A stretch of 64,000 nt of DNA from Candidatus Latescibacterota bacterium (GTDB taxonomy: Bacteria; Krumholzibacteriota; Krumholzibacteriia; WVZY01; JAKEHA01), in NCBI GenBank assembly GCA_963707635.1, contig OY970173.1, positions 736,001 to 800,000 on the forward strand, in the 5' to 3' direction. Below are positions 22,870 to 32,521 of this stretch, piece by piece. Both the position numbers and the translations under genes were made by a program. Below the pieces are notes generated by a model, which was not told the DNA's origin, did no database searches, and saw nothing but the letters and a program-made list of their open reading frames with translations. How positions within the stretch are numbered: position 1 is the stretch's first letter; each line of letters opens with the position of its first letter.

Positions 22870-22958
22870 GAGGCGCGCGGCCCTTGATCAAAGCCCGCGT
22901 TGCTGCTACGTTATAGCACCTTTGACGAATTGGGAATCGGCCACGAGCGAATTCCGGT

Positions 22959-23032
22959 TGGGGGGTCGTCTAGTGGCAGGACAACTGACTCTGGATCAGT
23001 TTGCGGGGGTTCGAATCCTCCCCCCCCAACCA
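22959..23032 (+). tRNA. tRNA-Gln (CTG)
   Basis: TGGGGGGTCGTCTAGTGGCAGGACAACTGACTCTGGATCAGTTTGCGGGGGTTCGAATCCTCCCCCCCCAACCA. Confidence 0.95.
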
Positions 23033-23043
23033 ATCTCCACTCG

Positions 23044-23736
23044 CTACGCGCTCGCCGTCTTCCTTCTGGTGACGGCGAGTACTGCCAGCATCGTTGCCAG
23101 CGCCACCGCTGCGACGAGCAGAATCAGCGGACGATAGTGCCGGACCAGCGACGCATCCGCGGCCGCGCGTTCCAGCGCGGCGCGAATCTCCTTCTGCTCG
23201 AAGAACACGCCGTGGACGTAACCCGATACCGCCAGCGCGGGGGAGAGCACCGCGACCGTGTTCGCGTGGGCGAAGCCACCCTCGGGAAGCGGCGCGTAGT
23301 GAAAGTCGATTGTCTCGAGCAGGCGCGTGAGGTCTTCAGGCGTCGCCGCCGCCGCGAGCCGCCATCCCCGGGGGAGCGCCAGGCGTTCGCGGTACGCGCG
23401 TAGCGCAGCCGGTCCGTCGGCGGGGTCGAACGACACGGTCAGCACCTGGTAGCCGACGCCGGGCTCGCCGATCGCGGCGAGCGCGTCGCGCAGGCTGCCG
23501 GTGATCTCCGAACACGTGGACGGGCAGGTCGTGAAGATCGGGCTCACGAGGATGGGTTTGCCCGCGAGCGTCGAGAGCCGGAACGTGGTGCTGTCCTCAG
23601 AGAGCAGTGCCACGTCGGGCACTACGTTCCCGCGCGTCCTCTTCTCGTCGGGTCGTGGAATCGTCTGGGCGCCCGCGCTCGCGACGAACGCGAACGCTAC
23701 AGAAAGAAGTGCCCATGCCGGCCGGGAGCGGCTCAT
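23044..23736 (-). CDS. SCO family copper chaperone
   Basis: Signal peptide, FTTCPSTC (CxxxC), VSFDPAD, FAH, C-terminal TM helix. Confidence 0.88.
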   Translation of the reverse strand: MSRSRPAWALLSVAFAFVASAGAQTIPRPDEKRTRGNVVPDVALLSEDSTTFRLSTLAGKPILVSPIFTTCPSTCSEITGSLRDALAAIGEPGVGYQVLTVSFDPADGPAALRAYRERLALPRGWRLAAAATPEDLTRLLETIDFHYAPLPEGGFAHANTVAVLSPALAVSGYVHGVFFEQKEIRAALERAAADASLVRHYRPLILLVAAVALATMLAVLAVTRRKTASA

Positions 23737-23737
23737 C

Positions 23738-24178
23738 CTACCTGGACGCTTCCCCCGTGGCCTCGCGCTTGCGCCGCGACGCGTCGGCCATGTCCGCCAG
23801 CGAGGTGTGCTGGAGGTACTGCCGGATACGCTCGCGGATCGGCTTCCAGCGGTCGTGGAGCGGGCAGGGAACTTCGTCCGAGCATTTCGCGAGGCCGACA
23901 GCGCACGCGTCGAGGTACGTCGAGCCGTCGATCGCGGTATAGATGTCGAAGAGCGAAATGTCCCGTGGGTGCTTCGCCAGCGCGAATCCGCCGCCGGGGC
24001 CCTTGCTCGACTTGAGCAGACCGGCGCGTACCAGGGTCTGAAAGATCTTGCCGAGAAACGGACCCGGGATCCGTTCGTGCGCCGACACGTCGCGCGCGAG
24101 CAAGCGTTGTCCCGGCTCGAAGCCCGCGACATAAGTCATGGCGCGGATGGCGTACTCGCAGGCGCTGGAATGAATCAT
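23738..24178 (-). CDS. Rrf2 family transcriptional regulator
   Basis: EYAIRAM, LVRAGLLKSSKGPGGGFALA, C-x5-C-x5-CPLH. Confidence 0.92.
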   Translation of the reverse strand: MIHSSACEYAIRAMTYVAGFEPGQRLLARDVSAHERIPGPFLGKIFQTLVRAGLLKSSKGPGGGFALAKHPRDISLFDIYTAIDGSTYLDACAVGLAKCSDEVPCPLHDRWKPIRERIRQYLQHTSLADMADASRRKREATGEASR

Positions 24179-24216
24179 CGACGACCTCGCGGGATTTTGG
24201 GACCTGAATCTCTCAC

Positions 24217-24287
24217 AATCTAGCATGCGAGGTCATGTCGTGTCAACGCAACGGCTTCTTGACACACCGATCCGCGACGAGTATTCT
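24217..24287. promoter_or_regulatory. Back-to-back sigma70-type promoters for rrf2-sco and tRNA-Glu
   Basis: Minus: TTGACA(24246-41)-18-TAGATT; plus: TTGACA(24259-64)-17-TATTCT. Confidence 0.65.
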
Positions 24288-24301
24288 CCTCGGCGCCGTT
24301 T

Positions 24302-24376
24302 GGCCCCTTCGTCTAGCGGCTAGGACGTATGGTTCTCAGCCATAAAACAGGGGTTCGATTCCCCTAGGGGCTACCA
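24302..24376 (+). tRNA. tRNA-Glu (CTC)
   Basis: GGCCCCTTCGTCTAGCGGCTAGGACGTATGGTTCTCAGCCATAAAACAGGGGTTCGATTCCCCTAGGGGCTACCA. Confidence 0.95.
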
Positions 24377-24447
24377 GCTTTTTCGAGACCCGCGTCGAGC
24401 GGGTCTCTTCGTTTTCCATCCCGCGTCGAAGAAAGGACGCCTGGTTC

Positions 24448-25302
24448 ATGTCCACTCGTTCCGGCGGACGGCGAGTCCGCGCTCGCCCCGCAGCCGCGGC
24501 CGGGCGCCGCGGTCCGAAGTCGCGCGACCCGCACTGGCTCTACGAGCAATCGGTGCAGAGCCCGGAGGTCCACTTTCATTTCTTCGACCGCGTGTACCGG
24601 GAGCGGAACGGCCGCATGCCCGCGAGTCTCAAGGAAGACTTTTGCGGCACTGCGCTGCTGGCGGCGAAATGGGTGCAGTACCGTCGCCGCAACACCGCGC
24701 TCGGCGTCGACCTCGACGCGCCGACGCTGCGCTGGGGCCGGGCGCACAACCTCTCCGCCCTCTCTGCGGACGAACAGGCCCGCGTCGAGTTGCGCCGCGC
24801 CGACGTGCTCCATCCGACCCGGCCGCGAGTGGACCTGGTGGTGGCGTTCAACTTCTCGTTCTACACCTTTCGCACCCGCGAGACGCTGCTGGCGTACTTT
24901 CGCTCCGCGCGCCGCTCGCTCGCTCCCGGGGGTGTGTTCATCGGCGACATGTTCGGCGGGTGGGAAGCGCAGAAGCCCTTGATCGAGCGCACGCGTCACC
25001 GCGGGTTCACCTACTTCTGGGAACTGGAGCGATTCGATCCGTTGGCCAACTTCGGCCGCTTCCACATCCACTTCAAGTTCCACGATGGCGGTGGCATCCG
25101 GCGCGCGTTCACCTATGAGTGGAGAGTGTGGTCGATCGCGGAGGTTCGGGAACTCCTGCGCGAGGCGGGGTTCGGTAACGTCGAGATCTACTGGGAAGGA
25201 TTCGATCCGCGTACCGGCATTGGTAACAGCGTCTTCCGCCGCGTCACCTCCACCCAGAATTCGGCCGGCTGGATCGGGTTCTTCGCCGCGTCCGTCGTCT
25301 AG
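24448..25302 (+). CDS. Class I SAM-dependent methyltransferase
   Basis: LKEDFCGTA, GVDLD, DLVVAFNFS, LAPGGVFIGD. Confidence 0.85.
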   Translation: MSTRSGGRRVRARPAAAAGRRGPKSRDPHWLYEQSVQSPEVHFHFFDRVYRERNGRMPASLKEDFCGTALLAAKWVQYRRRNTALGVDLDAPTLRWGRAHNLSALSADEQARVELRRADVLHPTRPRVDLVVAFNFSFYTFRTRETLLAYFRSARRSLAPGGVFIGDMFGGWEAQKPLIERTRHRGFTYFWELERFDPLANFGRFHIHFKFHDGGGIRRAFTYEWRVWSIAEVRELLREAGFGNVEIYWEGFDPRTGIGNSVFRRVTSTQNSAGWIGFFAASVV

Positions 25303-25385
25303 AAAGGGCATGACAGCGGCCCCCGGTTGAGGGATGATCGATGCGTTCGACCGTCCCGCGCCGGGGAGGCGCGAGGTGAGCCCCC

Positions 25386-26813
25386 ATGTTTTTCCGACAG
25401 ATTTTTGACCGCAAGCTGGCCCAGTACGCGTACGTGATCGGGTGCCAGGCCACGGGCGAAGCCATCGTGATCGACCCGATGCGCGACGTCGACGTCTACC
25501 TCGAGATCGCGCGCGCCGAGGGTCTCGAGCTGGTCGCCGTCGCCGAGACCCACATCCACGCCGATTTCCTCTCCGGAGCTCGCGAGCTGGCCGAACGCAC
25601 CGGCGCCGTCGTCCACGTGTCCGCCGAGGGCGGCGCGGACTGGCAGTCCGAATGGCTCAAGGGCGGCGACTATCGCCACCGCCTGCTGCGCGACGGCGAC
25701 CACTTCATGATCGGCAATATTCGCTTCGACGTGATGTTCACGCCGGGGCACACGCCCGAACACGTCTGTTATCTCGTGACCGACACGCCGGCGAGGGCGC
25801 CGATCCCGCTCGGATTTCTCTCCGGTGACTTCGTATTCGTCGGCGACGTGGGGCGCCCCGATTTGCTGGAGACGGCGGCGGGCCAGGCAGGCTCGATGGA
25901 ACCGGGCGCGCGCGACCTCTTTGCGTCCATCAGGCGTTTTCGTGAGCTCAACCCGTCGGTCCAGATCTGGCCCGCGCACGGGGCGGGCAGCGCGTGCGGA
26001 AAATCACTCGGCGCGATGCCGATGTCGACCGTCGGCTACGAACTGATGGCGAACCGGTCGATCCTGGCCGCGAGCGATCCCGACGCTTTCGTGGCCTACA
26101 TCCTGGAAGGCCAGCCCGAGCCGCCGCTCTATTTCGCGCGCATGAAGCGCGACAACCGCGTCGGACCCGCCGTGCTGGGCGGGATTCCGGAGGCCAAGCG
26201 GATTCCGCCGAACAAGCTCGCCGACCTCTCGGGCGCGACCGGGGTCGCCGTGCTCGACACGCGCTCGTGGGACGAGTATCGCCACGCGCACCTGCCGGGG
26301 TCGCTGTTCGCGCCGCTGAACACCGCGTTCAACACCGTCGCCGGATCGTACGTGCCGGAGAAGATGCCGGTGATCCTCATCGTCCCGGAGACCCGCGTGC
26401 GCGAGGCGGTGGTCGACTTGATCCACGTCGGGCTCGACCACATCGTGGGCTACGCGACGCCGGACATGTTCGCCGAGTACGCGCGCAAGGGCAAGACCGC
26501 GGCCATCGCCCAGGTCGAGGCATCGGAGATCGAACACGAAGTAAACGGCGGCGCGTTTCTGCTCGATGTGCGGCGGGCGGCCGAGCTGGCCGACGTCGGC
26601 CGCATCCCCGGTTCCCACAACATCGCGCACACCAGGCTGCTCGCGCGCATCCACGAGGTGCCGAAGGATCGGCCAATCGTCGTCCACTGCGGCACCGGCA
26701 GCCGGTCGGCGTACGCGGCGGGGCTGCTCGACCGCCTCGGCTACCGGGTGACCAACGTCTCCGGCGGGTTCGGGGCCTGGAAGGCGAGGGGTGGCGCCGC
26801 GGTGACCGCGTGA
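25386..26813 (+). CDS. MBL-fold persulfide dioxygenase fused to rhodanese domains (CstB-like)
   Basis: ETHIHADFLSG, TPGHTPEH, GDVGRPDL, PAHGAGSACG, C-terminal HCGTGSRS rhodanese. Confidence 0.9.
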   Translation: MFFRQIFDRKLAQYAYVIGCQATGEAIVIDPMRDVDVYLEIARAEGLELVAVAETHIHADFLSGARELAERTGAVVHVSAEGGADWQSEWLKGGDYRHRLLRDGDHFMIGNIRFDVMFTPGHTPEHVCYLVTDTPARAPIPLGFLSGDFVFVGDVGRPDLLETAAGQAGSMEPGARDLFASIRRFRELNPSVQIWPAHGAGSACGKSLGAMPMSTVGYELMANRSILAASDPDAFVAYILEGQPEPPLYFARMKRDNRVGPAVLGGIPEAKRIPPNKLADLSGATGVAVLDTRSWDEYRHAHLPGSLFAPLNTAFNTVAGSYVPEKMPVILIVPETRVREAVVDLIHVGLDHIVGYATPDMFAEYARKGKTAAIAQVEASEIEHEVNGGAFLLDVRRAAELADVGRIPGSHNIAHTRLLARIHEVPKDRPIVVHCGTGSRSAYAAGLLDRLGYRVTNVSGGFGAWKARGGAAVTA

Positions 26814-26844
26814 GCGCGCCCGCACCACCGGGGGAGGAGCAGCG

Positions 26845-27846
26845 TTGAATTTTGTCGTGTATGGCGCGGGTGCGGTGGGGAGCGTGCTCGGCGGCATGCT
26901 GTCGCTGCAGCACTCCGACGTGCTCCTGGTCGCGCGCCAGCCGCTGGTCGACGCCGTGCTCGGCGAAGGCCTGCGGCTCAAATCCGCCACCGGCGAACAC
27001 CTCGCGCACCCGCGGGCCGCGGTTTCTCTCTCTCGCGCGGACGTAGGCGAGGACGCGTGCGTCCTGCTGGCGGTCAAGGCCCACGACGTTTCCGGCGCCG
27101 TCGAATCGCTGACCGCCGCCATCGCTCCCGACACGCCCGTTGTCTGCCTCCAGAATGGGGTCGCCGCCGAGGAGGTGGCCGCCCGGCGTTTCAGCCGCGT
27201 CTACGGCGGCGTGGTGCGCATGACCTGCTCGATGGTCAAGCCGGGCCATGCGTCGTTTCGCACGCTCGGCCGGGTGGTGGTAGGGCTCCACCCGAGCGGT
27301 CCCGACGCCGTGGCGCGCTCGCTTGCGAAGACCTTCGCCGAGGCCGGATTCGACGCGGTCGCCTCGCGCTCCATCGCCTCCGACAAGTGGCTCAAGATGG
27401 CGGTCAACTCCAACAGCGCATTCCACGCGGTGATCGATGCCCGCGACCACGACGCGAACGAGTTCTTCGAGCTCAACGTGGCGATCCTGGAAGAGACGCG
27501 GCGAGTCCTCAAGGCGGCGAAGCTCCGAGCCGCCTCGTGCGACGGCAAGGACCCGTCGATCGAGGAAATGATCGCCGACCTGCGCCGGCCGAAGGCGCGC
27601 CGCGTCGAGCACGGAGTCAAAGTGCACAACTCGCTCTGGCAGGATCTCTACCTCAAACGCCCGCGCATCGAGTCCGAGTTCATCCACGGCCCCCTGATCG
27701 CGCTCGGGAAGTCGCACCGGGTCGCGACCCCCTACAACCTCACCGCCCTGGACGTGGCGCGGCGCTGCCACCAGGACGGCGCCGGTCCGGAGAAGCTCCG
27801 GCTGGCGGACGTGCTGGCGGTCGTCGAGCATTACCGCACGGCATGA
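26845..27846 (+). CDS. Ketopantoate reductase (PanE/ApbA family)
   Basis: VYGAGAVG, LLAVKA, CLQNGV, KWLKMAVN, SLWQDL...ESEFIHG. Confidence 0.85.
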   Translation: MNFVVYGAGAVGSVLGGMLSLQHSDVLLVARQPLVDAVLGEGLRLKSATGEHLAHPRAAVSLSRADVGEDACVLLAVKAHDVSGAVESLTAAIAPDTPVVCLQNGVAAEEVAARRFSRVYGGVVRMTCSMVKPGHASFRTLGRVVVGLHPSGPDAVARSLAKTFAEAGFDAVASRSIASDKWLKMAVNSNSAFHAVIDARDHDANEFFELNVAILEETRRVLKAAKLRAASCDGKDPSIEEMIADLRRPKARRVEHGVKVHNSLWQDLYLKRPRIESEFIHGPLIALGKSHRVATPYNLTALDVARRCHQDGAGPEKLRLADVLAVVEHYRTA

Positions 27847-29519
27847 AGACGATCGCGTACGGCGTCTTTCTGGTTCTACTGCTGGTGGCCAGCGTGGTCC
27901 TGCTGCGCTCGATCGAGCCCGCGACCGACGAAAACTCCATGCCGCGGCGCCTGGCCACGCTGGTCGGCGAGGGCAGCACGACTCTCGACCTCGGCAAGCT
28001 GGAAGATGCGAGCGCGGAGGAGCTGTTCGCGCTCGGCGTCGACTACCTGCAGTTCTGGCGGGTGCGCGACGCGACCGTGCTGTTCGAGCACGTGGTCGCG
28101 GCCGACTCCACCCACCACGGGGCGTGGCTCAAGCTCGTCGAATGCTACGCCAACCCGCTGGTGGCGAACGAGGAGGCCGAGCGGCACGCGCTCGAGCGCG
28201 CGGCGGCGACGTCGCCCACCCCCGCCGATACCGCGGTCGTTACCGCGCTGCGCCTGCTCTACCAGGAGTGCGACTACGCCGGTGCGATCGCCGCACTCTC
28301 GGCGATCGTGCGGGGCAAGGACGCGCCGGCCGACGCGCGCTACCACCTGGCGATCGCGTATTTCCTCACCGGCCGGCTCGGCGATGCATCGAAGCAGCTC
28401 GACCCGCTGATGAAAGCCGACGCAACCGTCGGGCCGGTGGCCGAGCTGGCGATTCGGCGCGACGCGGCGGCTCGCGACTACGCCGCCGCCGGCGACGGCG
28501 CCCGCGAGCTCGCGCGCCTCTACGCCGAGGAGCCGTTCCCCTACGTGCTGCTCGCGCAGGTCGAGCTCGCCGCCGGGCGCCGTGAATCCGCGGCCGAGTT
28601 CTGCGGCAACGCGCTCTCGCTCGACCCGCGCTGCGTGCCCGCAATCATCACGCGCGCGTTTCTGTACGCGGAAGCCGGCGAGCTGGAGACGGCTCGCGTG
28701 ACCTTCGAAAAGCTCATGGTGTTCGAGGACACGATGCTCCGCTCCATCGGCCACGAGGGCATCGGGTTCGTCGACTTTCTGGGCGGGGATTTCGAGGCGG
28801 GCGCCGAGGAAATGGACGAGTCGATTCGCCACGCGATGATGGCGGGGTCGACGCGCCGCGGCTTGGCACTCGCGGTCCGGCTGGTGGAATACCTCTGCCA
28901 GCTCGGACAGGCGGACCGGGCGGAGGCGGTTGCGGAACGCTGGGTCACCGGATTCGGGGAGATCCCGATGCGCCTGGCGCGCGCGCGGATTCAGATTCTG
29001 CGCGGCGACTTCGAATCGGCCGGCGACGTGCTCGAGCACTTGCAGGCCGACAAGGACTGGTTGCTGTGGGCGCGGCGGCTCGGGATCGACCCGGTCGAGC
29101 TGGCCGCCCAGGTCGACGTGGGCCGTCAGCGATCCGTGCAGGCGATTGCCGAGCTGGGAGCGGACAGCAAGGTGGTCACACCCGTGGCCGCCGGAGCGTT
29201 CGCACGCCGCGCGTTTCTCACCGGTTTTGCCGCCTTCGAAAACGGCGACGCGGAGGCGGCGGCCAAGTCCTTCACCATCGCCCGCCAGCGGATGTACGGA
29301 CTCGAGTTTCCGGGTCACGGCGACCCGGTGTTGTACGTCCAGTCGGTGTTTTTCCTGGCGGAGTCCGATTTGGCTCGCGGGGGACACGCGGCTGCGCGTG
29401 CGAGCTACGAGGCGTTTCTCGCCTACTGGGGCGAGGCGGCGTGGGACCTGGAAGCGGTGAGTCGTGCCCGCAAAAAAATCGAAGCCCTGGGGGAGACGGC
29501 CGTCCCGCCCCAGGGCTGA
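27843..29519 (+). CDS. Tetratricopeptide-repeat protein with N-terminal membrane anchor
   Basis: ATG overlaps upstream stop; hydrophobic N-terminus; repeated helical TPR-like units. Confidence 0.7.
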   Translation: MKTIAYGVFLVLLLVASVVLLRSIEPATDENSMPRRLATLVGEGSTTLDLGKLEDASAEELFALGVDYLQFWRVRDATVLFEHVVAADSTHHGAWLKLVECYANPLVANEEAERHALERAAATSPTPADTAVVTALRLLYQECDYAGAIAALSAIVRGKDAPADARYHLAIAYFLTGRLGDASKQLDPLMKADATVGPVAELAIRRDAAARDYAAAGDGARELARLYAEEPFPYVLLAQVELAAGRRESAAEFCGNALSLDPRCVPAIITRAFLYAEAGELETARVTFEKLMVFEDTMLRSIGHEGIGFVDFLGGDFEAGAEEMDESIRHAMMAGSTRRGLALAVRLVEYLCQLGQADRAEAVAERWVTGFGEIPMRLARARIQILRGDFESAGDVLEHLQADKDWLLWARRLGIDPVELAAQVDVGRQRSVQAIAELGADSKVVTPVAAGAFARRAFLTGFAAFENGDAEAAAKSFTIARQRMYGLEFPGHGDPVLYVQSVFFLAESDLARGGHAAARASYEAFLAYWGEAAWDLEAVSRARKKIEALGETAVPPQG

Positions 29520-29646
29520 TATGGCCGCGCATGGAAAACGAGCGGCGGGATGCGCTCCCTCCGCCGCCGTCCTCCCGCGCACATGTTGACATGCGCGACT
29601 GCGGATTGGCGCCCGAGGGAGCGCGTCCCACCGCTCACCCCGTCGA

Positions 29647-30909
29647 TCAGGGGAAGATCCCGCGCTCCTTGTAGGCCTCTTCGACGCGCGTGAGCGCCAG
29701 CGCCATCGCGGCGGTGCGCGCATCGCACTTGCGCTCGGTCATCTCTTCGATGACCGCCGTGCTGGCCCGCCTCATCATGCGGCCCAGTTCGTCGTCGACC
29801 GTTTCCAGATCCCAGGTCGCGCTGTTCTTGTTCTGCACCCACTCGAAATAGCTCACGGTGACGCCGCCGGAGTTGGCGAGAATGTCGGGGATGACGACGA
29901 CGCCGCGGTCGAGCAGGCGCTTCTCGGCGTCCAGCGTCGTCGGGCCGTTGGCGCCCTCGATCACGTACTTGGCCTTGATGTACCCTTCGGTCTCGACGTT
30001 GACCGTGCACTCGAGGGCGGCGGGAATGAAGACGTCCGCCTTGGTCCCGTAGAACGCCGGCAGCGAGATCTCTTTGGCGCCGGGGTAGCCCTTGACCCCG
30101 CCGGTCTTCGTGACGTGCGCCGCCAGGTCGTCGGCGTCGATCTGGCCCGCGTCGCCGATCGCACCGGTGTGGTCGCAGGCCGAGAGCAGCTTCGCTCCGC
30201 GGCTTTGCATGATCCGCGCGGCGAACGACCCCACGTTGCCGTAGCCCTGCACGAAGAAGGTCGACCCTTTGATCTCGAAGCCGAGGTGCTTGGCCCACAC
30301 GTCCAGACAGTAGACCACTCCCTGGCCGGTGGCCTTGTCGCGCCCGAGGCTGCCGCCGTTCAAGACGCTCTTGCCGGTGACCACGCGGCGCGTCGCATTG
30401 CGGTCCGACGCGTTGAACATGGTCATGTAGGTGTCCATCATCCAGACCATCTCGCGCGAGCCCGTCCCGACGTCGGGCGCGGGGATGTCGTACTCGGGTC
30501 CGATGTTGTTGCCGAGCGCGTACGTGAAGCGGCGCGTGACGCGGCGCAGCTCCGATGCCGACATCTCGCGCGGGTTGAGGGTGACCCCTCCCTTGGCCCC
30601 GCCGAAGGGGATCTGCATCAGCGCCGATTTCCACGTCATCCAGGCGGCCAGGGCCTTGACCTCGGCCAGATTCACGGACTCGTGGTAGCGGATGCCCCCC
30701 TTGTACGGCCCCATGGTGTTGTTGTGCTGGATGCGGTACCCCTTCAGCAGCCGGTAGGCCCCGTTGTCCATCATGACGGGGAAGTTCACGATGATCTCGT
30801 TCTGCGGTTCGGACAGAACCGTCCGCACCATCGGGTCCAGGTTGATCATGTCGGCGGCCTTGCTGAACTGGGCGGTCGCCATCTCGAACAGGTTCATTCG
30901 ATCGCTCAT
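29647..30909 (-). CDS. gdhA: Glu/Leu/Phe/Val dehydrogenase (glutamate dehydrogenase)
   Basis: GPYKGGIRYH, PFGGAKGG, DIPAPDVGT, QGYGNVG, EGANGP, GGVTVSYFEWVQN. Confidence 0.93.
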   Translation of the reverse strand: MSDRMNLFEMATAQFSKAADMINLDPMVRTVLSEPQNEIIVNFPVMMDNGAYRLLKGYRIQHNNTMGPYKGGIRYHESVNLAEVKALAAWMTWKSALMQIPFGGAKGGVTLNPREMSASELRRVTRRFTYALGNNIGPEYDIPAPDVGTGSREMVWMMDTYMTMFNASDRNATRRVVTGKSVLNGGSLGRDKATGQGVVYCLDVWAKHLGFEIKGSTFFVQGYGNVGSFAARIMQSRGAKLLSACDHTGAIGDAGQIDADDLAAHVTKTGGVKGYPGAKEISLPAFYGTKADVFIPAALECTVNVETEGYIKAKYVIEGANGPTTLDAEKRLLDRGVVVIPDILANSGGVTVSYFEWVQNKNSATWDLETVDDELGRMMRRASTAVIEEMTERKCDARTAAMALALTRVEEAYKERGIFP

Positions 30910-31657
30910 AGTGTGTTCTTGGATGCTTTCGGCGTGAGTGGTTGATGACGGTCGACCGAAGGGCACGCGGGTTGGGCGCGCGCATTCGATCGGCGGCAAA
31001 AAAACCGTGGCCGGTTACTCTAACAGAAACGAGCGCCGGCCCGCAAGCGGCGGGGACCGGCCCGGGCCCGGGGGCCGGTCCGTATCCTGTTGCCCGGGAA
31101 TGGGTTGAATGCCGGCGGTGGGGCCGCGGCGATCCCTCTGTCTATATATAGGAGCGCGGCCCGGACGCTCCGCGGCCCCGGCCGCGACCAGGCGTTGGCG
31201 CGATAGTGCCGTCGCCGTTTCGATCCGTCTCCTCATTCACCACCAGCACACGATCGATTCACTCCGCGCGCGAAGCGCTCGTGACCGAATCGTCACGTCG
31301 GATGTTCGACGCGCGCGACGCACGCGAACTCGATTGATGCGCGCAATCGTCGCGACGATGCGTGCGCGTCGACGCGCGTGCGTGTCGCGGTGTCGGCGTC
31401 GCGCGATGTCGCGCGTGATCGCATCACGCGATGCTCGGCGCACGCACATGACGCTCGTTCGGGAACCGCTATGGGTGCGAAACGGAAAAAATTCAGCTAC
31501 AACCGAAAATTTCTTGTTGACACCCCTGTTTGGTATGCAAAAATCCCCGCAACGGTGAAGTGGCGACCGTGCTGCGACACTCGTTGAACGTTGGTTGGTC
31601 AACCCTGAATGTGGCGACGGAAGGAAACTTCCCTCGTCGAAAAGGAAGGAAACCGTA

Positions 31658-31741
31658 ATGGCAGCTAAGAGGAAGGCGAAAGCCAAAGGCAAGGCCAAGG
31701 GCAAAGCCAAGCGCAAAGCCAAGCGCAAAGCCAAGAAGTAA
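31658..31741 (+). CDS. 27-aa Lys-rich basic peptide (histone H1/protamine-like)
   Basis: AAGGAAGGA RBS; MAAKRKAKAKGKAKGKAKRKAKRKAKK; followed by terminator; paralogous start to 36373. Confidence 0.7.
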   Translation: MAAKRKAKAKGKAKGKAKRKAKRKAKK

Positions 31742-31780
31742 GTAACTTGGCTCGCGGCCAAGCCAGGCTGCGAATCACGG

Positions 31781-31814
31781 GAAGGGAGACGCCATGTCTC
31801 CCTTCTCTTTTTTT
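31781..31814 (+). terminator. Rho-independent terminator
   Basis: GAAGGGAGAC-gccat-GTCTCCCTTC followed by T-run. Confidence 0.85.
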
Positions 31815-31951
31815 GCCCGGCGCCCGCGCGCCGGCCGCCGCGAGCGGTATTGACACCCCCGGGCGATTCTCCTATATGTTGCGCGGTCTCGAGAATCACC
31901 TCACCCATTTCCAGCCGCCGGAGCGCGGCGTTCCAGACCGAGGAGACGCGA

Positions 31952-32500
31952 ATGGACCTGGTACCCAAGGCGATGTTTCTGACCAAAGGCATGGGACGGC
32001 ACCGGGAGCAACTCACCAGCTTCGAGCTGGCGCTCCGCGACGCGGGCATCGCCCATGTCAACCTGGTGTCGGTATCGAGCATTTTCCCGCCCGAGTGCAA
32101 ACTCGTGTCCAGGCAGCGCGGTGGTGCCATGCTCTACCCGGGGCAGGTCGTGTTCAGCGTCATGGCCCGGGTGGCCACCGACGAGGCGTTCCGGATGACG
32201 GCGTGCTCCATCGGCGTGGCCATTCCCGGCGACCCGAACAAGTATGGGTACCTCTCCGAACACCACGCCTACGGACAGAACGAAAAGACCGCCGGCGACT
32301 ACGCGGAGGACCTCGCCGCCAGCATGCTGGCCACCACGCTGGGAATCGAGCTCGACACCGACAAGGCGTGGGACGAGCGCAAAGAACAGTGGAAGATCGG
32401 ACGGCAGATCGTCCGCACCAGCAACATCACTCAGACGGCGATCGGCAAGGACGGCGTGTGGACCACCGTGATCGCGGCCGGCGTCTTCTGCGCGTACTAG
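31952..32500 (+). CDS. pdaD: Pyruvoyl-dependent arginine decarboxylase
   Basis: LTSFELALRDAGIAHVNLVSVSSIFPP (SS self-cleavage site), GYLSEHH; adjacent to agmatinase. Confidence 0.92.
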   Translation: MDLVPKAMFLTKGMGRHREQLTSFELALRDAGIAHVNLVSVSSIFPPECKLVSRQRGGAMLYPGQVVFSVMARVATDEAFRMTACSIGVAIPGDPNKYGYLSEHHAYGQNEKTAGDYAEDLAASMLATTLGIELDTDKAWDERKEQWKIGRQIVRTSNITQTAIGKDGVWTTVIAAGVFCAY

Positions 32501-32521
32501 TGGCACCAACCTCTATCTGAT

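Noticed and set aside
20300..22891. 863-aa ORF as a fusion protein
   Set aside because: Only 20300-21523 is the PLP enzyme; the upstream part overlaps the ThrE gene in another frame.
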